A DNA stretch of 63,625 bases, counting the filler, from Folioceros fuciformis (lineage: Eukaryota): NCBI GenBank assembly GCA_049999805.1. It is 22 parts of 22 records of this genome, joined end to end, with 100 filler letters (N's around TTAATTAATTAA, not from the genome) between each part and the next. Parts side by side here need not be neighbours in the genome. Positions count along the whole stretch, not along the records: positions 23,125 to 24,824 come from JBNGIO010000765.1; positions 24,925 to 28,837 come from JBNGIO010000766.1; positions 28,938 to 30,168 come from JBNGIO010000767.1; positions 30,269 to 32,471 come from JBNGIO010000768.1; positions 32,572 to 35,613 come from JBNGIO010000769.1; positions 35,714 to 38,174 come from JBNGIO010000770.1; 16 more parts are not named here. One strand, 5' to 3'. The notes below the pieces were generated by a model, which was given only the letters and a program-made list of their open reading frames with translations, was not told the DNA's origin and ran no database searches. Position numbers and translations under genes: made by a program. Positions within the stretch are counted from its first letter, which is position 1. Each line of letters begins with the position of its first letter. Positions 24,789-38,274 of the stretch are shown piece after piece.

Positions 24789-26080
24789 GCCGGGTCGACC
24801 TTGGTTCTGGGCTGGAGCAGCAGGNNNNNNNNNNNNNNNNNNNNNNNNNNNNNNNNNNNNNNNNNNNNTTAATTAATTAANNNNNNNNNNNNNNNNNNNN
24901 NNNNNNNNNNNNNNNNNNNNNNNNAAGACGGGAGGATTTATGCTTGATCCCCCGCCGTTCCCGACCTTTCGAACCTCGGCTCAAGCTTCTCAAATCGCTG
25001 AAGACAGGGAGGTCGGTGCAGGCTAGGATCCAACGGCGGAGAAGGGCACGAGCTGGACACCGAAGTCGGAGACAGGCGTCCCTCTGGCGTTTCCGCAATT
25101 ACCTGCAGCATTGCACCTGCTCCTCAGCATCCTGTCTGCGCCTGGACTGCATTGCCCACGGATTTAGCGAGGACGTCCTCAGGTGGGTAGGGGGTTTTCT
25201 CAAAATCTCCGATGAAGACTGGAAGACTGGAGAATTGACCCTCACCTCAGCAGCAAGGCTCTAGGGGCATTCTCCCTCCAACTCAAGCCCAGCGAGATCG
25301 GCAAACCCTCCTAAATTGGTGGATTCTGCAGCGCCCGTGCCCAAGCAGGCTTGAATTCGGAACTGTCCGGAGAAACTCGACGAGCCTTCCCAAGAGTCAA
25401 ACTCAGGCGGGCACTCGTATGGGAGATCGACTTCCGGCCCCAGTGTGTAGCAAATTCGGCCCGCAAAAGGGCGCCCCAGATCGCCAGCAACCGGGCGCTC
25501 TAGATCTCCAGCATCAGAGGGGCCCCCAGCGCACCCGCTGCAGGGCGTGCTAGATTGCCTGTGGAGGGGAGCGTCGGATCCCCCTCCAACGGGCACACCC
25601 GTTCCCAAACGGTGCCCTGAATCGACAACTTAAGTTGTTGTTTCGGAGAAGGGGGTTTTCCCCCCTCCCAACGGGTGCGAACCCAGGTTTTTCGGGCACC
25701 GGTTCCGAAGCGCTTCAACCCGGTGCTGGTTCACACTCGGACCCCTTCTTCTACTACTTCTTGCTTGACAGCCAGCAAGTTTAGGAGAATTCTTGTGTGA
25801 AGATCGAGCCTGCCTCGACATCCCCGCCTCTCATCGACCAGGCCTCGGCACTCCTAGACCAGCTCCAACTCACCGCCGAGCATTTTGTGGATCTGATCTA
25901 CTGACTTCGTTGCCTAGTAGAGCCTATCCAAGATTGCTCACCAGCCCCTTGACTATTAGGACGTTGGTGGCACTTGCGCTAGGAGGACAGTAGAACAAGT
26001 TTTATGACCTCAACTTACAGAGACGTGGTTAATCAGCTTGTTGAACATTTTAAATCGCTTTCAATTAATCCACCAGCTTC

Positions 26081-28292
26081 CATGGCCACCAACACAATTG
26101 TCCCAATGCTCACAGGATCTATGCCAACATTCACCGACCATATAAAGGAAAATGACCGTTTTAACGGCTAGCGTTATCCAGTATGACGAGTGTGAATGAA
26201 GCCAATCCTAATTGGCCGTGGTGTTTGAAAAATTGTCGATGGGAGCCACCCCAAACCAGACCCCACTACAACCCCTCCTCCTCCTGCAGCCGACACTGAG
26301 AAGTGGGAATATTTAAACGGAATTGCAGTGGCCCTCCTTATCTCTGGCTTGGACTTGAGCTTAGTGCCAAGCGTCAAGTTCCTCACAGAAGCCTCTTCCA
26401 TTTGGAACCAACTCTCCAACACTTACAATGTGAACAATGTCCTGACACTCTACAGCATCAGACAAGAATTCAACGCTCTTAAGATCAAGGAGACGGGCGC
26501 AGTCGTAGCACATACCTCTAAGTTCAGACAGCTTAGAGGGCAGTTGGCCTCCCTTGGGTCAATGATGATCGAGACCGACGCTGCTGCTCAGCTGCTCATG
26601 AGTTTGCCGGCCTCCTACCAACATTTTGTCACTAGCCTGATGCTGGTGTCAACTTGCGGCATCTCTGGATCCACCTCCTCTCTGACAGTGAAGGAAATCA
26701 TCGGTGCCCTTTACCAACATGAACAAAGCTGCCTCAATTATGTAGGAGGGTCCAAGCCCAAGGCAAACAAGGCACTCGCTGTTCGTTTTAAGCCTGGGAA
26801 ACTCAAGGGGAAGCAGGCCACTACCTCTAAGGGTGAGTCAACCTCAGCTCCACCACGCCGGGTAGGTAACTACAATTGGTGCGGTACACCCGATCACTGG
26901 CACGAGAGTGCCGCAAGAAAAAGGCCGGAGAGCCATAGAAGCCTAGCCTCTGCCAGACCGCAAGTGTAGCTGTCAAAGGCAAAACAGTATGTGAGGAGAC
27001 AAAGATGATCAAGATTCTCACCGTCTGCCTCAATACTCAGCCACAGCAAGACAGGGGGTGGTACCTTGACAGTGGAGCCACCGCTCATATTTGCAATGAC
27101 AACACTCTGTTCTATAAGCTGGACACATGTCCTATCAGAGAAAGAGTGCTCCTAGGAGATGAGCAGAACAAATAAAGTCTGCCCATACTTGGATACGTGA
27201 CTTGTGAGTTCCCCTTACTTGACGGATCAACACTTACCCTAGAGCCTGTGCTCTATGTTCCACATATGGGGAAGAACCTCGTTTCCCTTAATCAGCTCAT
27301 GCAAGAAGGTACCCAGGAGATACTGTTCTCACATGACTCTTGCTGTTTTTATGGGCCAACTAACTCCGACCTGTGCGTGTTAAAAGCCATCCTTCAAGAT
27401 GGACTTTATGAGCTCACCTTGGACAACAGACAGTAGCCCCTTGTCTTCACTGCAGAACAGCCCTCTTCAAGTCTTGGTACCCTTTGGCACACCACACTTG
27501 GTCACATCAACAAGAATAAGTTGATCTCAATGTCATCACAGGACCTATACAAGGAACCTCTGCCAAGATGCCTCCGGCACCTTCCCGTTTGCGAGCCATG
27601 TGTGCTTGCAAAGCAAAAGAAGTCGCCATTTCCCAAACATGCAAAGAGGGTAGAGTTAGTGCTGGAGCTGGTCCATGTCGATATATCGGGAAGGATTCAC
27701 ACTCCATCCTTGGGAGGGGAGATCTATTATCTCACCCTCACCGACAACTTCAGATACTCGTGGACCTTCCCCATGCACCTGAAGAGCGACACATTCACTT
27801 ATTTTAAGGACTGGCTACTTGTTGTCGAGCGTCAGACAGGCAACTTGTTGAAAACCTTGCGAAGCGACAATGGAAATGAGTTTGTAAACAATGAGTTTGA
27901 TGCTTTCTTGCTTGAGTGAGGAATCCAAAGACAACTCCGTGTTCTCTACACCCCACAGCAAAATGGGGTTGCTGAGCGTAAGAACTAGACGCTCCTCTCC
28001 TTGACTCGAAGCATGCTCTTGTGGTTCGGTCTTCCGCAGGGCTTCTTGGCTAAAGCCATAGTGGCCGCTACATACATCTTGAACCAAATTATTACAAGCT
28101 CCGCACCCGGCCGCACTCCATACGAGGTATTCTGGAAACAGAAGCCAAGTATTCAACACCTGTGGGTCTTTGGATCTGCAGTTTTTGCCACATCCTTGCA
28201 CAAAAGCGATGCAAGTTAGAGGACAGGGCAAGGGAGCTGATTTTTGTAGGCTATAGTGAATCTACCAAGGCCTACAAACTCGTAGACCCTGA
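26081..28292 (+). mobile_element. Ty1/copia gag-protease-integrase pseudogene, related to 23125-24788
   Basis: gag ORF 26328-26969, WYLDSGATAH protease motif, LELVHVDISG, LRSDNGNEF, PQQNGVAER; many stops. Confidence 0.92.
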
Positions 28293-28837
28293 TGAAGGAT
28301 CGCTAGAAGGAGCTATATGGTGAAGGAAAGGGGGTATTTATACCCTCTAGAAGAGCTCCCTAGGAAGCTTCACAAGAAGTGCACAGGAAGCTGCGCAAGA
28401 AGCTTCCTACATATTAGCTTAAGCTAATCTAAACTAATGATACTTAACTAGACACTAATCATAGACTTAACACATTAGTCTAAGCACATTGGGCTTTAAT
28501 AACCCTACAACCTCTCACTTAAAGGCCAATTTACCTTCATAGGAGAGTGGTCTACCTCATGCCCATGAGTGTCCGAGCTTGTGCGAATTGCTCCGAAGCG
28601 AGCCCCTTGGTAAGAACATCCGCAAAGTTCTAACTGGTGTGAACTTTGACAAGTTGTACCCTCTTGTCTTTCAACACCTCTCGAATGAAGTGATACTTCA
28701 CTTCCACATGTTTGGTCTTCGCATGAAACACTGGATTCTTCGCCAACTAGATAGCACTCTGGCTATCACAATGCAACACTAGCAGCTCACCCTTGATCCC
28801 CAAATCTCCCACTAAACGAGCAAGCCACATGGCTTCC
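28293..28837 (-). mobile_element. Nested copia element: RNase H end, PPT and 217-bp 3' LTR (28293-28509, family F)
   Basis: Minus strand RTKHVEVKYHFIRE and ADVLTKGL; PPT AAGTGAGAGG; LTR TGTAGGG...CCTTCA; same LTR begins at 40329. Confidence 0.85.
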
Positions 28838-28937
28838 NNNNNNNNNNNNNNNNNNNNNNNNNNNNNNNNNNNNNNNNNNNNTTAATTAATTAANNNNNNN
28901 NNNNNNNNNNNNNNNNNNNNNNNNNNNNNNNNNNNNN

Positions 28938-29965
28938 TGGAGATGGGGAAGCAGCTGCACACCCAAATTCAAGAACAAGGGCTTTGAAGCTGATGTGAAC
29001 GTAGCCAACAGTTTGGTGAACATGTACTCAAAGTGTGGTAGCCTAGACGATGCGCAGCGGGTGTTTGGCAGATTAAATCGGAAAGATGTAGTGACGTGGA
29101 CAGCTCTCATTGCAGGATATTTACGGCAAGGAATGGGCGTCAAGGCTCTTAGCGTTTACCGTGCTATGCAAGAGGATGGGGTAGCTGTGCCTGATTGTGT
29201 CACATTAGTGTGCCTCCTGCAGGCGTGTGCATATGTGGCAGCTTTCCATTTGGGAAGGCAGCTACATATGCGGATCAAACAGCAAGGATTTGAAGCTGAT
29301 GTAATTGTCGCTGGCAGTTTGATTAACATGTATGCAAAGTGGGGAAGCATGGTTGAAGCACAGAAGGTGTTCGATTCATTGTCTGACAAAAACATCGTTG
29401 CCTGGAACGGACTGATTGCAGGATACAGCCACCAAGGAGATAGTGAAGAGAGTGAATGAGAGTGGACGGTATACTGCCAGACAGCATAACGTTCCTTGGT
29501 GTGCTGACAGTCTGTGCTCATACAGGTCAAGTGAGCAAGGGGTGGGAGTACTTCGAAAGCATGAGCAGCCACAGTGACATCGCCCCAACGGTGGAGCACT
29601 ACGCATGCATGGTAGGTCTCCTGGGCCGTGCAGGCCGACTGGACGAGGCACAAGGCCTGGTGAGGAGCATGCATGTACCACCTGATGCCACAGTTTGGCA
29701 CACTCTGTTGGGGGCCGCTCAAAAGTGGAGGAACGTGGAGGTTGGACGCCATGCTTTCAAGCAAGCAGTGAAGCTAGACAAGAAAGATGCAGCAGCCTAC
29801 GTGTTGATGTCCAACATGCCCTAAACACCAGAGCCGAAATTCGGAGCAACCACAGGCCTTGCAGAGGAAGAGGGTGAGAATTAAGGCATGAAGCAGACGG
29901 GACAAAGGTGGTGGACAGACATGGACGGCCAGTGGGCTGGTGCACAGTTTTTGTTGTTGGGGATA
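28938..29965 (+). pseudogene. PLS-class PPR pseudogene fragment with E1/E2 and a WW-type PG-box remnant
   Basis: L-S-P repeats (NSLVNMYSKCG, DVVTWTALI), VEHYACMVGLLGRAG, AAAYVLMSNM, then GQRWWTD and VHSF; frameshift near 29455 and stop near 29822. Confidence 0.85.
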
Positions 29966-30609
29966 TTGTTCAAAAAGTGTGAAGTGGGAACCTTGTGATG
30001 AAAAGAAGGACAAGGTGGTCACTTCAAATCTTCCAAGATGGAAATGGGGCTTGCATGAGATTTGAGGGTTGAATGTGAAGTACCAATAATGTACGGATTG
30101 TGGTCTTGTACTTTGTGAACAAGTAACTATCGAACCCGGAGAAGAGCGGAGTCACGTCTCTTCGAACTNNNNNNNNNNNNNNNNNNNNNNNNNNNNNNNN
30201 NNNNNNNNNNNNTTAATTAATTAANNNNNNNNNNNNNNNNNNNNNNNNNNNNNNNNNNNNNNNNNNNNCGAAGACTGAAGGAGTGAAGCCTGAAGTTGAA
30301 GCGTGCCCTAAGTTTAAGTCTAAGTTTCTTTCATTTTCAAAGTTTCTTAGATAGGGTTAGCGTTTCGTAGTCTAGCATAGCTATAAACATATATAAATAT
30401 ATCAAACTAAACTATAACCACCCTTAACCTGAGTGGGAGTGATAGTGTATATAGGTTAGTTATACACTTATTAGCAAGTTTAGGGTTAGGACTGACGGTT
30501 AATAACTTAACCGTCATATATGTTCACAAGGCGTGGACTATCTTTTGCTAACTATCTTGTAACTATCTTTTGCTAAGCAATGCAAAGCTTGCTTGCGTCT
30601 ATCGATCAC

Positions 30610-32408
30610 TTCTCAATATGACCATTCTAGGGCACTAGGGCAGCAAAAACATGTGAAGGTGGCTCACATACTCTTTTGTAGAGTGGGAGACTTTATCGAG
30701 GGAATGAGTGCTATAAGTTCCCATCCTACGAACTTCCACAAGAAGGATTCTAAGGGGCCAGGGAGTTGATCTCGCCCTGCAGTACAAATAGTGCATACAG
30801 CTGCATCATATGTTAGGTAAGAAGGTTTGAAGTATGCAATTTTTTTTATTATCTAGGGAGGCATTAACATTGTGAGGCTGGCTTGCAGGTATTGGTGTTT
30901 TTACGGCCCGGAAGACTTTTACCAAAAGGAGGTGGGAGTGTCACGTGGTGCTAATACAGCTAAGTGTAAGGTCCTCCGTGGAGAGAGTGTCAAGCATGGT
31001 TGCCAAGAAAATTTTAGGGTGAAGAAACTTATCGTGTGGCCTACGGTTGCTAAGATTGGTCTTTTTGAACATAGGCATATTGACCTTTCAAATGCTATAT
31101 GTCATGGGCTTGGGTACACAGGCGTACTCCGTGATGTCAGAGCAGCATGGCTTTTATAGGAAAAGAAGGATTGGATCAGGCATTGCCTATATTGCAAAGT
31201 CCCTGTTGATAAAATAATGCGTCGGTATCAAGAAGCGTTGTATGCTCGAATCAACAATTAGACAGAGGTATATAAGCTAGTAAGAGATGATTATATGCAA
31301 AGATATGATGTTCTCAATATACTTACAAAAGTTGAAGTTGGTGAATGGAAGCAAGCCTCGGATGATGCCATATCAGTGTCCCTGTGGCTGGAGCAAAATG
31401 TGTCTATAGTCTTTCACCAATCAAGTGAGAATCAACCTTTCGCTTTGGCTATTCAAACTCCTTTTATGTTAAATTGCACGTTGCTTTATGGGAATGGTAA
31501 TATGCTAGCTATGGATGCAACTTTTGGGTTGAACATGTATCGCTACCACTTATTCATTGTGATGGGTTTTGACCATTACTTGAACGGTGTTCCAGTAGCA
31601 TGGGCTATTACAAAAGATGCTATTGATACTACTATTGAGTCATGTGTCAAGTGGCTTTCAGCTTTACGGAAGAAGGTTAAAAAGATCAACAAGGATTGGA
31701 CACCTAGTTCATTCCTTGTTGATGATTGTCAGGCAGAGATTTATGCTATTTGCTCATTGTGGAATCATAATATGCCAATATTATTATGCTTGTGGCATGT
31801 ATGGAAAGCGTGGAGACGGAATTTATTGAAGAAAGTGCACTCACAAAGTAATCCAATTTCAATATGGGCAAAGCTAGGAGATATTATGTATGTCACAAGG
31901 GCAACCACATCTTCATAGTGTGTTTCCATAGGAAGAAGTATGCTACAAAATTTTTATGATAAGTGAGGAACAAGTGAAGGAGACTTTGTGAGATATATGA
32001 AGGTCCAATGGGGATAGAGTATAGATATGTGGTTGTGTAATGCTAGAATGTTGTCTCATGCAGGGTAACATACAACTTCAGCTGTGGAAGGATTGCATAG
32101 ATTTATAAAAGAACCTGCAGCATTTAGCAAGTCAAGTTTGCCTGGCCGTAGACTAGATTGGTTGCTACACCAATTAGCGAATGTGGTTGCTCGACATTAT
32201 TGGTATCAGCACTTCATGAAAGAAGGGGGATACAGGCAAAACAAGAAGCTAGAGGCTTTGGAAGAAATCGCTATGAAGGGTGCAGAAACTATTCCTATTA
32301 GCTCAGTTATTTTACCGCATGCCGAAAAGGTTGCTACACATTGTTTGTCTTCATCGACCCCTAACTTGTAGTGTGTGATTGAACATGCTTACTCTCCTTG
32401 GGCTATAT
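30610..32408 (+). mobile_element. MULE/SWIM transposase pseudogene, copy 2 (intron 30817-30888)
   Basis: Closely similar to 12154-14578; GT..AG intron inside YVR/YWC; multiple premature stops. Confidence 0.85.
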
Positions 32409-32571
32409 GTGTTAAGCATGATTAATGTTGAGATTAATTAGTGCTAATCCAGCTTATTGAGTTTGTACTAANNNNNNNNNNNNNNNNNNNNNNNNNNNNN
32501 NNNNNNNNNNNNNNNTTAATTAATTAANNNNNNNNNNNNNNNNNNNNNNNNNNNNNNNNNNNNNNNNNNNN

Positions 32572-32863
32572 ACGCAGATCTGAGAGGTTAGAGTCGTTGT
32601 AGTGACTGGAGTGAGTTTGTGGGCACCGAGAGAGGTGCAGCTGACCGCCGGACAGCGAGGCCTGTCCTACGCCTGATCGGAGCTGGAGGGGAGCCCTCGA
32701 ATCCATCATCGAGTTCATCAAGTCCGACCCTCCATCCACAGCAGCAAGGAACCCCATCGCTCCTTCGTGGGAACGAAACCCAATGTCTCAACGACAGTGG
32801 GATAAGTGTGGCCACTAAAGGTGGAACCCATTGGCAATCAGTGCCCGGGGTTTTGCCTCCACA
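32572..32863 (+). mobile_element. LTR family A terminus
   Basis: Reverse complement of the 10445 copy; ends CCTCCACA. Confidence 0.85.
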
Positions 32864-33960
32864 CGGCGCTTGCAAGAAAGGCGTCGGCCATTGCGCCAAA
32901 TCGGGTAAGAGATACTTGGAGTGCAGAGATTGCTGCATGAAATTCTTCGAGGCTCAAATTTTTAATGCAATTCAAACTCTTGCAGATGTGCTCTCGCGCG
33001 GTGGCGACGCATCCTCCATTACCGCTTTGATACCATATAAATTAGGATCGAGGTGGAAGCGAGAGCAAGCAAGAGATGTAGAATGATAATCTTTACTTTG
33101 GCCGTGGCCTTAAAAAAAGATTGAACGGTTGTGTCCTGTGAGTGTGAAGGTACGGCGATTAGTTTTAGGTCGCCGACCCTTGTGTATGTCGCTAGGAATC
33201 TATCGGTTCCCATCTAAATATGATTTACTATTTATTAATGCTGGATATATATAATTCTACCAATAGTGCGGACCATTTGGGGTTGTGCAGCACACAGCTG
33301 CAAATGAGGAGGGATCCAATTCGCAACCTATTGCCAGTGTCACCACACTTGACTCAACTGCCAACTCAGAAGGCGAGAAGGAGGAGGAGGTGAACACAAG
33401 GTATGTAACTCGATGTCTGGCCCAAAACTCAAGTAGCAGCGGTGTCATCATCAACTCTCAATTGCAAGTAGCCCTCACCAATGCAGCAGCAGCAACTAAT
33501 CTTCTCGAAGCGAGTGCTGAAGAAGATGATCAGCAGCCCACTGTCGAGGAAGATGTACCTACTCAAGCAGCCCCACAAATCCCATACTGAAGACAACGAT
33601 GCTGGGTTTGTGCTAAGCAAGACGGAAGGTGCACTATGTGTGGTAGGAAATACCACAAGGAGATCTGGCAGCAAGCATCTGACATAAGGTAGGAAAGTAA
33701 GGCTTTTCTTCACTAGTCACGTCTAGATTTCTGAACAACAGCTTCATCCCCTGACTAGGATACTCACCCTTACGTGGCTTGTCACAGGCGTGGACACAGA
33801 AGAGAGAACCACAAAGGACACAAGCAAGCCACACCAAACAGAAGAAGTTAGGAAGCTACTATTCTATGTTTTTGGTAATCAGCCTGTGACAGTAAGTAGA
33901 AGACACTAGATGAACTACAGAATAGGGGAGAGACCAGACAGCACCCAGACAAGTAATTTA

Positions 33961-35207
33961 TCATGGATATGTAAATTCTCGTAACCCTAAAGCTGCAACA
34001 TGTTGAAAATGGCGACTCCTCAACAACCCTTTTGTAAGAATGTCTGTAGTGTTGTCATTTGTGTTTACATACTCCACCCTAACAGTTCCAAGTTCTGCAA
34101 CATCTTGTATATAGTGATGGTATAACTCGATATGCTTGGTAAGTGCATGAAAGCGTGGATTGGAGACAAGGGCTATCGCACTCATGTTGTCATAGAACAA
34201 TATGGTACGACCCTCTTGCTTTTACTAAATTGATTCGAGAAACTGTCTTTCCCACTCAGCTTCCTTGCATGCGTCTGTAAGTGCTTTATACTCGGCTTTA
34301 GTTGATGAGAGAGCAAGAGAAGTCTATTTCTTACAGCTCCAACTCACCACAGCAGAAGACAGTAGGAAGCAATAGGCTGAAAGGCTTCTTCGAGAATCTG
34401 CATCCGAGGCCCAATCAGCATCTGCAAAGGAGTTAAGTACCAAACTCTTACTGCCACTTGTTGAATACTGTAGGCCATAGGAAACAGTGCCTTTCAAATA
34501 TCTGTAAATTCGTTTGACAACAACCCAATGTATGCATCTAGGTTGCTTCAAGAATTGAGACACAACACTGACAGAGTAACTAATATCTAGACGGGTCCAA
34601 TTAGAGAGAAAAATGAGGCAACCTACTGCCTCAACATATGGGGCAGCTACCATCTCAGCCTTGTCAAGAGAAGTCTGAGCTTCAGTTGTCAACCTCACTC
34701 CCAATGCTGAGGGAGTAGCAACTGGTCTAGCTTGCTGTAAGTTTAAACGACATAAAATTTCTTTCAAATACTTAGTCTGATGCATAGTGATTATGCCAGC
34801 TGACCGATTTCTCAAAATCTAAATGCCCAAATAGAACTGAAGATCTCCTTGATCTGTCATCTCGAATTCCCTGCGCAACATCTCTTTTACTGTGGCAAGC
34901 TGCTCAAGGTTGGTGCTCAACAGCACACAATCATCCACATACAACGCAAGGATAACAAACTGAGCACCAGCGGGAAGGAAAAACACATTGCTGTCAGCAG
35001 GAGACTGTAGAAAACCAAGTTGTTTAAGGTACTTCATAATTCGCTTATACCAAGCCTTAGGAGACTGTTTTAAACCATAGATCATTTTGAGCAGCCTACA
35101 AACTTCTGTGGGTACTGATTGTCCACAAATCCTTCAGGCTGATCCATGTATAATGTCTCCTCTAACTCACTCTGTAAAAATGTTGTGCAGACATCCATCT
35201 GCTGCAC
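33961..35207 (-). mobile_element. Ty1/copia RT-RNase H pseudogene
   Basis: IYGLKQSPKAW, LYVDD, FADADWASD, TKHIELYHHYI, DILTKGL; in-frame stops. Confidence 0.93.
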
Positions 35208-35613
35208 TGTGGAGGCAAAACCCCGGGCACTGATTGCCGACGGGTTCCATTTTTAGTGGCCACACTTATCCCACTGTCGTTGAGACATTGGGTTTCGTTC
35301 CCACGAAGGAGCGATGGGGTTCCTTGCTGCTGTGGATGGAGGGTCGGACTTGATCGACTCGATGACGGATTCGAGGGCTCCCCTCCAGCTCCGATCAGGC
35401 GTAGGACAGGCCTCGCTGTCCGGCGGTCAGCTGCACCTCTCTCGGTGCCCACAAACTCACTCCAGTCACTACAACAACTCTAACCTCTCAGATCTGCGTC
35501 TTCCTTCACTCACTTCACTCACTCTCTCGCTCCAGCACCAACACCAGCAACTACTAGCAACCAGCAACGACACCACTACCTTGTATACTTCCCTACGGAC
35601 TCCTCCTACCCGG
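35208..35613 (-). mobile_element. LTR family A inserted into copia RT
   Basis: Begins TGTGGAGGCAAAACCCCGGG and interrupts the RT reading frame. Confidence 0.85.
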
Positions 35614-36077
35614 NNNNNNNNNNNNNNNNNNNNNNNNNNNNNNNNNNNNNNNNNNNNTTAATTAATTAANNNNNNNNNNNNNNNNNNNNNNNNNNNNNNN
35701 NNNNNNNNNNNNNCTTGCAAACGGGCCCGAATTGGCTGAAATCTGTCCAAGATTTGGGGCACTGGTGTAGAATGTCCGCAGATGAGTGCCTCTGTTCTGC
35801 TCTGTTGTGTAGAGCCCGTCTTCGGTCAAAACTTCATCGTCAAGCGCCCGCGGGTTGGATCAGGACTCGGATGGGGGTCCGACCATGTGCTCATTTTTTT
35901 TCTTTCCTTTTTGTTTGAAGGCTTGTATAGCCTAGATATGCTAGAACTATAAACCTTCCTTGTCCTAGAGATCATCCTGCCTAGAGTCTACGAAGGCTAG
36001 CAAACATGCTGCCTAAGCATACTAGTGCACGGAATCTTCTAGAATAAAAAAAAATGAGCATAGGCTTTTTGGAGCAT

Positions 36078-36297
36078 GGCTCTGATACCAAGTTAGAAAT
36101 GCTAATGCGGAAGAAGATGCACCGAAGATGATCTATTAGCAAGTGAATAGGTGGATACAAGGGTAGGCCTTAAATAGCGGTAGCGAAGGGGTGTGTCCTT
36201 TAACTAGCCTGTCAATTAACTAACTACACTTATAACTAGGTCTAGTTTGACTAACCAACGTGATACAGAACCACGTGGTCTGCCTTATATTCTAACT
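36078..36297 (-). mobile_element. Copia 5' LTR (36091-36297, family G) + tRNA-Met PBS (36078-36090)
   Basis: GGCTCTGATACCA is the reverse complement of the PBS; LTR has 8-bp terminal inverted repeat AGTTAGAA...TTCTAACT; homologous to 48023-48231. Confidence 0.85.
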
Positions 36298-37061
36298 CTA
36301 CCTGCTGCCTGGCCGGCCTGCTAACCTCTGGATCCAGCCCCAGCTACCTGCAAGCCAGCGACTGCCTGGCTAAAACAACTAGCTAGGCCGCTACCTGGCT
36401 TCGGGATCCCCCAGCCAGCCTGCTGGTTTTGTCTGCCGGCCAGCAGGTCTTCCACTCGGCTACCGCTGGCCCGACCAACCCGTCGCTGTCTCGGGCTGGC
36501 TGCTTCCTGCCTAGCCCCTCCTAGACCAGCCAGCCCATTTGTTGGCTGGCTGGATTCGGCTGCCTTGCCACCACAACCTAGCCTGCTTGGAGCCGCCCTA
36601 CGGTAACCCGGCCTGTTGAATCTTGCCTGGGCTTGCAGCCACTGCTGGTCCGCTCGTTAGATCCATTCCAGCAGCAGGCCGGCCCGCCTTCCAGCTAGAC
36701 CCTCAGCCCCAGCCTCTTGGCCTAAGGCCAGGACAGGCCTAGGCACCCTTCCTCCATGCCTATGCCCAACCGCCTTCCGCACGCTCCCGAGGCCCCAACT
36801 CACCCTCACACGCCCAACTTAGGGTCCCATGCACGCTGGCGTCCCTCTCCATGGGCACACCCTACCCCCTACTTCACATTTTCCACGGCCACGGGTTAGC
36901 TAGACGATTGTTGTCTTTCTCAACTGCACCACCACTATCTCCTGATCATCCTATTCAATCTAGCCTTATCTAACATAGTTTCCTAATTACCTCTACAAGG
37001 AATCCTATCAAAACTCCAAAAAAAACAAATACCACCCATTTTCTAAGAGGCCTATCTCCCA

Positions 37062-38174
37062 TGTGGTGTCCACACTAGCCCTAGCACCATTTGAGAAGTG
37101 GGGGATTGATTTTGTAGGACCAATTCAGTCCAAGTCCAAGGGAAGGCAGAACCAATACATCTTGGTGGCAACTGACTACTGCACATGCATGGTGGAGGCC
37201 CAAGCTTTGCCCGTGGACACAGCAAATGTGGTGGCCCGATTTTTGTTTGAGCAAATCATCATAAGGTATGGGTGCCCGTTGGAGCTAGTGAGTGATAGGG
37301 GGACTCACTTCATCAATGAAGTAGTCAAGCACATGACTGAATATTTCAATATCAGTCATAGGAATACCACTCCCTACAACCCTAAGGCCAATGGACTCAC
37401 AGAGAAGGCTAATGGGCTATTGTGCAAGATTCTCGGCAAGCTCACTGTCACCTATGCTCATGATTGGGATAGGAAGCTCCATTCAGCCTTGTGGGCGTAT
37501 AGGACTACTGAGAAGGTTACTACCCAGCACACCCCTTATTACCTCACCTATGGACACTCACCGATCATGCCCATCGAATTTGAGGTACCAACCTTGAGAA
37601 TGCAGAAGAGCAATCGATTGCCCGTGGAGGAGAGTTAGCTGGAGAGGCTAACCAGTTTTGTGCAGCATGATGAGGATAGGGAACGGGCCTTGGCTGTTTT
37701 CCTTGATGTTCAGGAGAGGAGGAAGAAGTGGCATGACCAGAAGTTGCGTAAACAAGAGTATGTTGTGCCTGGAGATTTAGCCTTGTTATATGACAATAGG
37801 TACATGCACTTTCCAGGTTAGCTGCACTTGAGATGGATGGGACCTTACAGGGTGCTGGAAGGGTATGAGAATGGGTCCATCCAACTGCAGCACCTCAATG
37901 GCCCTAACTTGCCAACTAGGGTTAATGGATGGAGGGTGAAGAAATATTATCAATAGTTGACGAGGACACCAACAAATGAGAAGGGGAGTATGTGGACTCC
38001 ACATGCTGAATAGGTCCTTGGAAAATGGTAGGATTTCTCTTTTTGGGAATCTCTAAGTAAACCCTGTGGTGAAATGGTTAAAAGATTAGGTTAGATTAGT
38101 AGCTAGATTAATGGTGAGGCGAGACGTATCTTTGAAGGGTTGCTGGAATGATCTGAGAGAAGGGATGGAATGAT
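37062..38174 (+). mobile_element. Ty3/gypsy integrase fragment and 3' region (same family as 16485-19000)
   Basis: Near-identical to 18090-19000; FEKWGIDFVGP...WMGPY. Confidence 0.92.
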
Positions 38175-38274
38175 NNNNNNNNNNNNNNNNNNNNNNNNNN
38201 NNNNNNNNNNNNNNNNNNTTAATTAATTAANNNNNNNNNNNNNNNNNNNNNNNNNNNNNNNNNNNNNNNNNNNN

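Noticed and set aside
24925-26000. GC-rich ORFs upstream of copia gag
   Set aside because: Short, overlapping on both strands, with no recognisable motif and no second copy to support coding
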